Made by a program: the position numbers and the translations under genes | Notes under the pieces: generated by a model | Databases searched by the model: none | What the model was told of the DNA's origin: nothing | Seen by the model: only the letters and a program-made list of their open reading frames with translations | Source of the DNA: Octopus bimaculoides | Taxonomy: Eukaryota | Direction: 5' to 3' | Length of the DNA stretch: 64,000 nucleotides | NCBI RefSeq assembly: GCF_001194135.2 | Contig: NC_068988.1 | Coordinates: 54,772,533-54,836,532, forward strand | Shown here: positions 1 to 12,944 of the stretch, piece after piece | Position numbering within the stretch: the first letter of the stretch is position 1 | Layout of the letters: the number at the start of each line of letters is the position of its first letter

Positions 1-1500
1 CAAAGACAAGCACTGAAGTGCACACCATCACTAGTAGTTCCACAACAAAGCCAGAACCCACGAAAGCCCTTGACGAGCACAGAGAATTGGATGCCATATT
101 GGAAGGTTTGCTGAAGGATCAGGCATTTGAATCTGTTACACCAGCACCTGCATCAGTCAGTGAAACTTCCACTGTGACATCATCCTACACAGAGACCCAC
201 CAACCAATGTCATATGTTACCCAAAAAACTGAGATAATCAAGGAGACACCAGTTTATATAGAAGAGAGCCACTACACCATCACCAAATCAAGTGAAGAGA
301 AGATGAAGCATGTCCCTAAGAATGCTTTCTCTTACACTGCACCACCCATTGTTGAAACAAAGATAATCAGGGAGACAGAGTCTCGCAAGAGCCCTGACAA
401 AGAGCCATCTACTGGCCCAGCTCCATCTCCTAAAAGCTACACCTTGCCTTATCGTGCAGATTATGAAAATACTTATTCTACAACTTACACAACTGAAAGC
501 ACATCTCATATGGATTCTGAAGCACTGTCCTGGTTGGAGCAGCAGCAACAAAAGTTAAAGCAGAAGAAAGAAGATGATGATGGAAAACGAAGCCATCAAG
601 AAAAGGCTCTCGTTGAGGAACTGAAGCATGCTCAGACACGGTACGCTACAAAAAGGGCCAAAAGCGATCAAGAAGAACAAGAAGTGATGCAGTCATATAT
701 TAATGGCCCATCTTCTCCCATCACTTTTGACGGTTACACTGTATACCAGATGTCTATCAGCCCACAGACAACCACTCGTAAGCATCATAGCGTTAATGAT
801 GAGGTATTTGATGTAAGTGCTTCCGAGACCCACAGTCGCACCGTGAGCAAGCCTCCTCCATCTCCTGGACCTACTGTCCGGACAACAAGCACCACCACAC
901 CTCCTGCACCTGTGCGCACAAGCAGCAAGGACTACATGCAACGGCAACGCTCAAACAGTCGGGATTGGCCTCCGCAGCAGAGGCCTCAGCGCGTCAGTTC
1001 ATCAACAACCAGTGTAGTTACAACCTCAGAAGGTACAGTGGTCAATGAAAGTCCAGTCATGGCACGCACAAGTCGTAGTAACAGCCGTACTCCCCCTCAA
1101 TCTCCGCCCCCTGCACAGTTTTCTCCGCCGCCTGTATCAGCAATGCCTCCTCCGCAATTACCAGAAGCTTCTACTTGCAGCACCTATCAAGCACCATCTG
1201 TGGTGGAGGAACCCATAGTCCCTCCACAAGAGCAACCGTACCAATACACTCCTGTTGATGAACCCTTAGTTACCGTCTCCGACCCCCCTCCGTATTACAA
1301 CCAGCCGTATAATGTAATCAACTCAAAGGATGTCATAGATGATAGTTACCCCAGTCCACCTAGCCCTTACCAAACAACACCCACAGAAACAGAGCAGCCC
1401 CAAGTTAGTCCTCCCCAATCAGAATCATCTCCATCCCCTCAGATCCAAATCCACGAACAGGGCCCTGTAACAGAGGTGTTTGTACACAGATCTCCAAGTG
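1..1500 (+). CDS. TNS: Large coding exon (5' end outside window) of a tensin-like focal-adhesion protein, disordered S/T/P-rich region
   Basis: Frame open from nt 3 (KTSTEVHTITSS...) to RSPS-G; GC/CpG-richer than flanks; donor AGTG|GTGAGT at 1500/1501 (phase 1). Contains LDAILEGL, WLEQQQQKLK and PPPY. Gene identity is inferred from motifs in downstream exons. Confidence 0.8.
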
Positions 1501-2784
1501 GTGAGTATTCTCTAAAGACTCATCATAATAAGCTAGAAATTATTATATCTGAAATTAGTTTGTTGTTTTCTGTATCACTGTTATATATCATCAACAGCAA
1601 CTTAAAAAATGTTAATTATTCTAGGTTAATTGTAATGACGTCTTGATATTAATTGTAATAGCAACTGTCTGCTATAGCTTTACAGGCAGCACAATTTGGC
1701 ATGCCATTTATTTGGTGTCATAATGGATGATACAGAAAAGGAACAAAAGAATTCATGCTAGGTTAAGTGAATAACTATTCTCCTGCTTTTCCTGAATAAT
1801 GTAAATTTTCAAGATTTCATGTAAGCTTTAACTTACTGTTGGGGTTAATGTCTGCCTGAAAGAACTTTCTTTCACATTGAGGAAAGATCGGGATAAGAAT
1901 AAATCCATTATAGAAATAGGAAATGAAGTGTGTGTGGTTTATATGGAGAGTGGGAGAAAGAGAAATTAGAGTGGTAGTTCTAAGAGGGGAATTTGAAAAG
2001 CAATCCAAATATTTATGGAAGTGTTATATCTTGTAACTACATCGTTGAGTTAACAGTAAAATTAAAAGTGGGTTGTGGATGTAGTATGGCTGAATGGTTA
2101 AGAAGTTTGCTTAGCAATCATGAGGTTCCAGTTTCAATCCCACTGTGTGGCATGGCATCTTGTGAGTAATATTGGGTAGATGGAAACTGTGTAGAAGCCT
2201 GGCAACTGGATTGTGCCTGTAATTTTTAAAGTCTCCAGCCTTGTAACATTGGTGTCTTGCTGATTCCACCTGAGAATTGCTTTAATGGTACATGTGTCTA
2301 TGGAATATTTTACCACTTACACATTGGTTCAATAAGCAGGTAGTTTTGTGGCTTGAACAACTGACTATTCGTTGTTGAAACTAACTGTGATTCATTTTAA
2401 AGTATTATTCAGTATATTAATTAATGGTAGTCTCTTGAGATCAGGGAAGACCATTCTGCAATCTCTTGCTGAACAGCCTTCACAAATGATTTGCTTATAG
2501 TGATTCAGTGTCTGTGCTGAACTGTGCATCACACATGAGATATCACAGTGATCACAGAGCAACATGAGATGAAGTGTTTTGCCTAAGAACACAACACGCT
2601 GCCCATTCTGGGAACTGAACCCACAGTCTCACGGTCGTGAGTGCAATACCTTAACAACTAAGTAAATGGATGAATATAGATAAAAGTTGTTTGAATAAGT
2701 CTCCAGCTTTATTGTCAGGCAGAGAGATTGTAACATGTTGAATAAGTCTCTAGCTTTACGGCCGCATGTGGTATATACATTTAA

Positions 2785-2994
2785 CCCTTTAGCATTCAGA
2801 TTATTCTGCCAAATGTAATGTTTATTTATTCACATTACTTTGAATTAATCATGCATCATCTTGTAGCTTCAAGATTTCAATGGTGTGATTGTTTATTTTT
2901 AAAATGACACTGCAGGGCATGTATGAAAGGCCAGATTGATCATAATATGGGTAGAATATTTGGTCTGGACATGGCTGGTTTAAATGCTAAAGGG
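2785..2994. mobile_element. piggyBac-type MITE
   Basis: TTAA|CCCTTTAGCATT ... AATGCTAAAGGG|TTAA: perfect 12-bp TIRs and TTAA target duplication. Confidence 0.85.
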
Positions 2995-3922
2995 TTAAAT
3001 ATCTAGTAGATAATACCTTAAGGTTTGCAGTATCTAAGAGGGAATTGCAGTGGCTGATTCATTTCTATCCCAATCTTTCAGCAATGTTTAAAAAATGTCT
3101 TTCACTTTTTTGGTTGTTTTCATTCTATGTCTTCATAAAAATTAACGTCTCTGAATTGTTACTTTTAGATTCATTTTGTGGTAAAAAAAATACTTGAAGT
3201 CAGCTGACATTTCTAAGTCTTTAACTGACACCTGAAACATTTTGACTTCATAAATCTTCTGCAAAATATTTAATGTCACCTCTTGTAACTTTGGTGCTCT
3301 CTTAGTTAAAATTTTCATTTCTCGATACACTATTCAAATGAAATGATTACCTGGCTTATTTCAAGTTACCTCTCACCTTAAATATAGTTTCCTATTTTCA
3401 GAAGTTAGATAAAACCAACTTCCTACATAGCTGACTGATCTACAACAGCTGCAATTCCACAGTAGTCTGCTATTCTGTGACTTTTTGGAGCTTTTCCCTT
3501 TTTTTTTTTTCTTTTCTTTACTTCTTTAGTCTGCTACACAAACTAAATTCTTTACTTATTTAAAATCTCACTTTCTTCTAGCAGAAGATATTTTTCATTG
3601 CTGGCTGCCAACAATTTATGTAAACCACTTCTTCATCTGTTAATAATTGTAAGGTTTCTCGCTATGATATTTCAATCTCTATCTCTCACTTGAAAAAAAT
3701 ATAAAAAAAGCAAAAATTGGTAAATACCTTGAGGAATTGGCATTATGGTATTGCTTCTTTGGTATCTTAATAATGAAAACCTGAAGAGGTTGTTCAGGTT
3801 CTCACTTCAGGAAATCATTATTGCTGAAGTTTTGAAAGTCAAGGAAAAGTAGTCCTTCGGATCTTGAATTTAATAAACAAGCATTATGTAATTGTGTATA
3901 TGTATGTATATACCTCTCTACC

Positions 3923-3964
<42 letters not shown>

Positions 3965-5534
3965 GACATATCTATAGATATATGCATGTACTTATACACG
4001 TTTTACACATAATGCAGTTTACAGTTTGGTTTTCCTGAATTTGTAATGCTTATCACTAAGTCTTTACTTTAGTTCCTCATTTTTTATGGTGTTTTGATTA
4101 GTTTAGATCTATGAATAATCTTATTAAGGAAGATTATAATGAATAATAAAGCTCTTCAGGATTTTATACTGTTTATAGTTTGTTTTTTTTTTTCCCCCAA
4201 TTGACCCCACTCCATAAATCCCTGATCTTCCATATCTAATTATATTTAGTTAGCAAAATATTTCCCAGCTGGTTAGTTTGCTACTCTCCTACCCACTTTC
4301 ACATACATACAACCACGGATCAGGCCCATTTGGAATAGGTATTGGTAAAGTCTGCTACACAGGTGTTTGGTAAGTAAGGCACAGTTTTCACCTTCATAGA
4401 GGCAATTTAACCCGAGAACCAGTAGTAATATATTTATCTTAATACTTTTTACCTTTCTGATAAGTGTCTTGGAGAAACGTATGCAATCGTTGAAAGTAAA
4501 TTTTCAACTGTAATCGGTTCTCTGGTATAAAGATTCCTCAATGTAAGTGGAATTTTATGTTGCCTTAAGTGAAGCTCTTCTGTTTAAAATCTCCCTTTTT
4601 TTTATTTCGCTATTACTTTTAGCATTTTTATGCCATGCTACTTCTTTATTCTTGGCATGTCTTATCTCTTAATTGTTCTTTTAATTTATTATAATTTCCT
4701 TCTTAGTTAATTTCTGCTCCTCTATGTTCTTATTTCAACGTCTATTTTTGTTGTCATCGTCAATCTCAATAGTATATCGTTCGTACGTCCTTGTTGCTAT
4801 TCCTTTTCATGTGTATGTTCTTGCTATTCCTCTAAATACCCCATCTTTAGCTCTACTCGCAAATTGATATGGACCTTTCTGATATGTATCCATGACCTAA
4901 ACAGATATGATTCCCAAACTATCTCCCGCTTTAACCATAGCTTCATAAACTTCTGTAATCCTAACTGTTATGTAAAATACCCAACTTTAATATTGTCCAT
5001 CACACAAAAGACAAAAAAAACCCCCCCACAATGAAGAAGGTAACTGTATACTTAAATCTACCGTTCGCTTTTAGATATAGACGATTTGGTGTGTGGTTCA
5101 CTGCTTTCTGCTTTGGCCATATAGTTTGGTCATGCACTGAAGCCCTTGCTAAAGTTTAAATGTTAATCATTATGTAAACACTTGATTTTTTAGAATTTTT
5201 TCTTTTTCAGTTAAAAAGTATTTTTTTTTTTATCTAGTCATGTCTACATAAATAAATAAATAGAATGATTAATGGGGGCAAAAAAACAGCAACAAAAAAA
5301 AAACCAAATTAATTCTACTTTCAAATTATAAAGCTTTGAAATGCATTTTTCTGGTTTTTCAATCGCTTTTATATATTAGGCTATAGCAATTATCTATAAA
5401 TTTTCTACATTTTTATTTAAGGTCAAATTCCAAAATTTTATTGTAAAACAAAACCAAAAAATACTTATCGATGTTTCTGAAATATTCAAAAAATGTTTAG
5501 TTTTTCAATTTGATTTTAAGGAAATATCTATATA

Positions 5535-5965
5535 GGAGCAGACATGGTTGTATGGTGAGAAGTTAACTTCCCAACCTCATGGTCTCCGGTTCAATCCCAC
5601 TGCATGGTACCTTGAGCAAGTGCTTTTCTGCTATAGCCCTGAGCCAACCAAAGCCTTGGGAGTGGATTTGATACACAGAAACTGAAAGAAGCCCATCATA
5701 CATATATAAGTGTGTGTGTGTGTGTGTGTTGATGTCTCCTTACTTTGACATCACATGATAGTTGTAAATGATTGTCACTACCATGCAAGCAGTGGCCTAC
5801 ATTTCCAATCTTCCATGAAAATATGTCTGGATACAGGGAATATTACCTTGCTTGGAAACTGGTGAGGGTTGGTGATTGGAAGGGCATCTGGCCATAAAAA
5901 ATCTACCTCAACAAATTCCGTCCAACCCATGTTAGCCTGGAAAAGTGGATATTATATGATGATGG
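5535..5965 (+). mobile_element. tRNA-derived SINE family A with RTE-like tail
   Basis: A-box-like TGGTTGTATGGT, B-box-like GGTTCAATCCC, body GCC..ACCAAAGCCTTG.GAGTGGATTTG, internal (GT)n. Confidence 0.75.
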
Positions 5966-6027
5966 TGGTTTTCCTAAAGATCTAAAATGTCTGAGAATAG
6001 TCCCCAGGAAATTTATAAAAGCACCAA

Positions 6028-6185
6028 CTACACTCTCGGAGTGGTTGGTATTAGGAAGGGCATCCAGCTGTAGAAACTCTGCTAAATCAGATTGGAGCCT
6101 GGTGTAGCCATCTGGTTCACCAGTCCTCAGTCAAATCGTCCAACCCATGCTAGCATGGAAAGCGGATGTTAAACGATGATGATAT
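6028..6185 (+). mobile_element. RTE-type 3' tail module of a SINE/LINE ending in (GAT)n
   Basis: CTACACTCTCGGAGTGGTTGG..GGAAGGGCATCCAGCTGTAGAAACTCTG..CCAACCCATGCTAGCATGGAAAG; near-identical to 22643-22795 and 28846-29005. Confidence 0.75.
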
Positions 6186-6194
6186 ATATATATA

Positions 6195-6460
6195 ATGAAC
6201 TTATTGTATACAGTGCTCAGGTGCACTACAACACATCAGAAAAAGTAACCAAAAGTGCATGAACAGTACATAGAATAATGCACAGGAAGTGGACAGTGGT
6301 TGAGTTGTTTAAAAAAAAAAGGGAGGTGGGACATCAGATGTACTGTTGGTGAATTTCAGGGAGCATGGAAGTTTTAAAGGATGTAGTGTCCGACAGTCAA
6401 CAACTAATGTGGATATTTTATTCCATGCTTCAGCAATTCAGAGCATGAAAAAATGTTTTC
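6195..6460 (-). mobile_element. CR1-like LINE 3' end
   Basis: Minus strand reads RIAEAWNK... with an (ATT/TCA)-like tail; same family as 19775-20035. Confidence 0.6.
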
Positions 6461-6847
6461 GAAAATCATGGGTACTTTTATTTTTTTTTTTTTAATTAAA
6501 TTATATTTTTGCAATGAACATATATCATGGAAGCTGTATTAGCTATAAAACTGTGATTATAATTATTAAAAGCACAATGACTGTAATAGATTATTGATTC
6601 CCAATTGTGCAATATTCTCAGTTCATACATTGATATTTCTACTATGTTTGTGACTTCAGCCATGGTACATTACTGAAATTATTTCAGTTTACATAAATGT
6701 TTAATTACAGGAAGGGTGTTAAGCTTGGGAAATGCATGATCCAGTCATTTATATCCAAGCATCTGTATTTACATATCCATACCACTCATTGTAGTATGAG
6801 ATAATGGCAGAAATATAATAAACCAAAATAATTTGATGGTTTTTATA

Positions 6848-7180
6848 GGCACAGGCATGAATGTATGGTAAGAAGGTTGCTTCCCAACCACATGGTTCTG
6901 GGTTCAGTCCCACTGTGTGGCAACTTTGGCATGTGTTATCACTATAGCCTTGTGAATGGATTTGGTAGATGGAAACTGAAAGAAGCCCCATTGTGTGTTT
7001 GTGGCTGTGTTTGCATTCTCCACCACTTGACAACCAGTGTTGGTGTGTTTACATCAGTTCACCAAAAGGGACCAATACCAGGCTTCAAAAGATAAGCATT
7101 GGGGGCAATTCATTCGATTAAAATTCTTTGAGGCAATGCCCCAACATGACCTCAGTCTAATGACTGAAACAAGTAAAGAT
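6848..7180 (+). mobile_element. tRNA-derived SINE family A
   Basis: GGTTCAGTCCCACTG head; 3' GACTGAAACAAGTAAAG. Further copies at about 2077, 7655/8180, 21864, 47143, 48160 (+) and 10780, 27215, 38170, 57735, 63265 (-). Confidence 0.75.
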
Positions 7181-7831
7181 AAAAAATGGATTAGATTTGT
7201 TTTATTTATGAGATAGATTTCTCGTTTAGCGACTGATTAACCAGTATTGCTTTATTGAATCAATTTGATTGAAATTGAAGATATCAGATCTAAAATTTAT
7301 CATTGAGTATTATTATCAGATTAGTAATCCATGTAGACATGACAGATACACGTATTAATTGGGGAAACAGACTTGTAGTCATAACATAGAATGGGTAGAA
7401 CATTATATAAGCTACAACTGGCAGGTAGATCATAACATCTCACAAAGGCATATGATATAGAAGACATGCAACACGTATGAAACGATATTGTAGGGAGCAG
7501 AAGACACATGCAAATACACAATATCAAGGGCAGGATTTTGTGACATTTTTTTTTATAGATTTTATCGCACAAATGAATATGGATCTTAGCATGCTACAAA
7601 TACGTACCATTGAAGAAGCAGTGATACATCTGGGCAAACTTTCAGAATGAAAGACATAGCTGTATGGTTCAAGAAGCTCTCTTTAGAACCATGAACTTGA
7701 ATTCCACTGTATAACACTTTGGGCCACTGTCTTCTATTATAGCTCTGGATTGACCAGTGGCTTGTGGGTGAATTTGGTGGATGGAAATTGAAAACTTGTT
7801 ACATATCTATCTATGTATGTATGTATGTATG

Positions 7832-7878
<47 letters not shown>

Positions 7879-8136
7879 ATTAATATTATCTTGGTTGAAA
7901 AAACTACTAATGTAAATATGTTAATAGTTACCAGGGTAGCAAAAACCACACAAAAACTGGGATGTCATACCCGGTTAATGAGTAGAAATTCCATGATAAA
8001 GTGATGTATTTTGAGTAGATATGAAGAATAATAATAAATGGAGCAAAACTCTTTGGAGTAGAGAGCACATAAATTTTGAAACATATGTAGGAATTAANNN
8101 NNNNNNNATATCTATCTATGTATGTATGTATGTATG

Positions 8137-8181
<45 letters not shown>

Positions 8182-9904
8182 TGGCAGAAGAATCTGAGAG
8201 AATAAGTACCAGACTTTAATAAGTTCTGGAGTCAAGTTGTTTAACTAAAGACCATTCAAAGCATTGCCCCACCATCCAGCATGGCTGTAGTCCAATGACT
8301 GCAACAAATAAGTAAAAAAAAAAAGGAAGTCTTAACACATCAAAGAGAATGAGAGACAGACATTACGATATATGAGGTTACATGAAAGAGTAGCATTTCA
8401 TCTGTTTATGTGTCAATATGTTATAAACAGGATACACACATGTGATGCTGCATCCTAGAAATAAGGAACACAATGGTAATTTGTAAACATGAAAGCAGAA
8501 ATACAACTTAAATAGATTTTTAGACATCATTAGAAAAAAAGTGCTCCAGCATGGACGCAGTCAAATGACTGAAACAAGTAAAAGAATAAACCAGTGAGGG
8601 AGCGTTCTAGTATAGGCTCAGCCTGCTAGAAATGGCAGCCAAACCTTAAAGCACACCGGTCTTAAAAATAGGACTTATTAGAAAATGTAGTCCTAGGTTC
8701 GTTCAATCAAGATTGACCTGGGGTTAAACAGCAATCACTGTTACCATATAAAAAAAAAACACATTACATATGATACATGCTCCATCAAACAGACTCCAAC
8801 AAAATTGGTCTCTGTCGGTAAGACTTGTATCGTTTAATTAAATCCATAAAAAGAGTACATTGAACTTTCCATGAGGAGTTGAAGTCAGTCTTTCTAATTT
8901 AGAGGATGTAAAATTTTACTTTTCTACCATTAATATCTCTCCTGTTCACTTTTTCCTGAAGCAGGGCTCCATCCAAAACGATGGGTTTTTCACACACACA
9001 CACACACACACACTACCCCATTGCAAGTTTACTGTGCTCTTTCTAATCGATTTCAATAAGTATTACATTCAACACAACAGTTCAATCTTATAGGCTGACA
9101 AACTTATAATGCTTTCAATCACTGTTTTGCTTTGATTTATTTTTTTTCATTATTTATCTTATATTTTATTTCTGTTTTTTTTTTGGTTTTTTTTGTATAT
9201 ATTCAGCCTCTTTGTTTGTTATTGTTGTTGTTGTAAATGAATACCCAAAGCTTAAATTTTTCTTCAGATTCCTGCATCAATCCGCTTAAATTAAACATTT
9301 GTCTACCATGAAATGTACTTTCTTTTAATTTTTTTTTTCTTTATTTCTGTACTTTCATGATACTTGATTGTTCACTAAAAGACTTAAAACAAAAACACTA
9401 CATAAACAAAACAAAAAAGTCTATTTTGGAATCTTTAAATTTGAATAATGATAATATAATAATAATGAAATTATCGTGTATAGTGCTTAGGTGTCAACTC
9501 ATCAATGATACATGTACAGTACATAGAATTATGTACAAAAGTCAGGAAAGTGAACCTAGCAATTTCATCTTATGTCTTTGGTAATAGATACTTTTTTAGG
9601 TACCCAGGAATTTCTAAAATAATACTTTCAACATACTCTCACTACCTCAGTTCTTTCTGATACTCTTTTACATTCTCACACGCCACTGTGTATCTAGTCT
9701 AGTTTAGTTTACTCGAAAATACCCCTTCCTAGAGGATTCTTGGATCCAAAGTACCTGAAAATGGAATCAAAGATTAACATTCTACGAAAGCCATTGTGAC
9801 ATATATGCAATAACACATATAAAGGATAAAGACACCCATCAGTCATGAATGACCATAGGATTGCACCTAGAAAGTTCCCCTCCAAGGCACAACTCCAGGC
9901 AAGG

Positions 9905-10148
9905 TTAATGGAAGACCAGCAGTCGGCCATGCATACCAGTCTTACGTCTCCATGCCACTGATGTTATCCAAGGAAAGGCAAAGGCTGATACAGCTTGGCA
10001 CCAGTGATGTCGCAACTCATTTCTACAGCTGAGTGAACTAGAGCAACGTGAAATAAAGTGTTTTGTTCAAGAACACGACCAAGTCCGAGAATTGAACTCA
10101 CTACATTATGATTGTAAGCCTGATGTTCTAACCACTGAGCCATGTGCC
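9905..10148 (-). mobile_element. tRNA-derived SINE family C (CORE-like body)
   Basis: Minus strand GGCTCAGTGGTTAGA..GAGTTCAATTC head, then GTGTTCTTGAACAAAACACTTTATTTCACGTTGCTC. Related copies at about 2425-2660 (-), 15490-15640 (-), 38730-38985 (+) and a head at 62250-62325. Confidence 0.65.
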
Positions 10149-10698
10149 TTCACATGCTTATATATATATATATATATACATCAATACACCTGATGTCCCC
10201 CACCCCCTTTTTTTATATGACTCTTTCACCTGTTCATTTCCTGTGCATATTCTATGTGCTGCTTATGCACTTTTGGCTACTTTTTTTGATGAGTTGTTGT
10301 GCACTTGAGCTCTGTATACAATAAGTTCATTATCATTAATTATCATTTATCATTTTATCATCCACTTTTTGATGTTCGCTTGAGTCAAATAGATGCTTTT
10401 CCTGAAGCCAACCCTTACATCTTTCCAAATAAGATAATACAATCCCATGACCAGAAACACGGGAGATTGGAAACAAAGGACACCCCTTGCATGACAGTGA
10501 CACTCATTTACAGCTATCACATGATGTTAAGCAAGGAGACAGTAACTCACACACACACGTTCATCATCATCATTTAACATTCATTCTCCATGGTGGCATG
10601 AGTTGGACAGTTTGACCAGAATGGCAAGCTGGGGAGTTGCACCAGACTCCAGTATGATTTGACATGGTTTCTATGGTTGGATGCCCTTCCTAACACTG

Positions 10699-10771
<73 letters not shown>

Positions 10772-11767
10772 AACACACTTACATGATGGCCTTCTTTCAG
10801 TTCTTGTCTACCAAATCTGCTCACAAGGTTTTGGTCAGGCCACAGCTATAGAAGACGGCACTTGCCCAAAGTGTTATGAAGTGGAACTGAACACAAGACC
10901 ACATGGTTGAGAGGCAAGCTTCTCAATCACACAACTACACCTGTGCCTAAACTGTCCAACCCATACCAGCATGGAAAACAGATGTGAAATGATGATAATA
11001 TATGTGCACACACACATACATATACATATTTATACATATATATTTATAGACAATAACAAATTCAAAGCCCATCCATCATATACTTCAGGCCTATCTCATT
11101 TATCAGCATCATAAACAAGATAATAAAATTCACAGACAATTACTAAGCAGAAGTCTACTTGCTGAAAATAAACTTCTTATTCTGAAAGGTAATTTGGCTT
11201 CCAACCAAACCATAATAACAACAGAGGAGACTGTATTACCTGAATTGTCTTTTCTCAGACATAAAATTAATTAGCTAATCATGGGGTCAGTACATATGTG
11301 TCGTAGCTATGAACATCAAAGCGACTTCATCAGAATCCAAAACAATGGACTGTGCACTTAGCTTAAAGACCCAGGCCATGTAAGGACAATTGCTACAGTG
11401 GTTGCAAAGCTACGTTGCATTGAACCCATCCGTCCATCCATCAAAGTCACCCTTTGTCGATCAATCATCTGATGCATCGTCTATCACTAAATCTGACTTC
11501 ATTAGTCCTCAAATTAATTACTTCACTAGTTTCGGTTTACAGTTGTCTTGAGTGATCAGCTCTATCTACACTGTCTCCGCTACTGAATGAGTTCACCAAG
11601 TGTGACCGGTCAATTTTTCAGCTATGATAAGGCAGTGAACCCATTGACTGGCCTGTTAGATAGAAATAGATTAAGTGATACAGGCAGAGAGACAGTGATG
11701 AGGTGGGAGAATGAAAATGCAGTAAGCTTCTTTTATCACAAAATAAATAAAAAAAAAAGCTATACAT

Positions 11768-11819
<52 letters not shown>

Positions 11820-12612
11820 AAAGAGTATAAAATATGTGTATACATTTATGTATATGTATATATTTGTTATCCTCTGATTTCTCTGCAAATGGAATAACTA
11901 CTTTGCTAAAATAGAAAGATTCCTTAATTGACTTTCCCAAATGTTATCTTGTTCTTGCTGATACTGTTTAGTCACACAACTAAATTTTATGCTTGTTTTA
12001 TTCATTTATTTTTTGTTACAATTCTTTTATTTTATTTTAATATAGTTTTTTTTTTGTTTTTTTTTTTAGTTATAATCATTAACATTTTAAAATTATATTT
12101 TAATGAAACATTAATGGAACTTTTATAATTTATTTTCTAGAAAATATTTAACCCTGGTTTAAAATATGCATTATATCTATAATTAATTCATTAATTGCTG
12201 TTGTTTTGTTCTTTTTCTTTTTTTTTTTAATTTTTCTTTTATTGAGGTAAGAGGTGGAGAAACTGTTTATATTTTTCTTGTATATTGTTCTTTTTGAAGG
12301 TTGTTTACTTAACTTTGTTTAAATACAGATTTGAATGTAATTCTATAAAACAGAGGATAATAATTTCTCCCATAATATTATAATAAGTATGGTTTAATGC
12401 AACATTCAAATATAGCATATAAAATACTGAAATATAAACCTAATTTTAATTATTGATAATAACAATTAGTAATGTGGATAATAATTTGTAATTAACAAGA
12501 ATTATTTATTATTTATTGTTTATTATTATTGATGTTGTGATTAATAACATCCTTTTTATTCAATGTGGTTTCTTCATTTGCTTTAATCATAGCTTTGCAT
12601 TTTCAATTCTAG

Positions 12613-12944
12613 TATCATCTAACCAGACAACCAAGGAAACGAGTCCTGACCTCGAGCAGCTGGAGGCAGCAATACAGGCCATGCATACCACTGTGAAAGA
12701 ACCGACACCCCCTCCTGTTCAGCCAACACCGGTATCAGTAGTAACAACACCGCCACCAGCACCAGCACCAGTTGTCCAGCAGCAACAGCAAGAGTTTATT
12801 CAACATAAGAGCGAATCATACACCACAGTGACTTCACAAACTTTCGAGAGCCAAAAGCAACAGCATCAACAGTCTGTGAGTACTGTGCAGCGGAGCATGT
12901 CCCCCGTGTGGGATAATGTCATAGGCTATCCAACCAATAACTTT
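12613..12944 (+). CDS. TNS: Coding exon 2 in window (VSSNQTTKETSPDLEQLEAAIQAMH...)
   Basis: Acceptor TTCTAG|TA at 12612/12613 is phase 1, matching the upstream donor. P/T/Q-rich open frame. Two phase-0 donors: TCT|GTGAGT (12875/12876) or TTT|GTATGT (12944/12945), so the 3' end is uncertain. Confidence 0.75.

Noticed and set aside
1501-1646. C-terminal part of the 542-aa ORF
   Set aside because: Read-through past the GTGAGT donor into AT-rich intron.
7955-7976. Hairpin AACTGGG-N8-CCCGGTT resembling a Helitron end
   Set aside because: No CTRR terminus at the expected distance and no Rep/helicase remnant.
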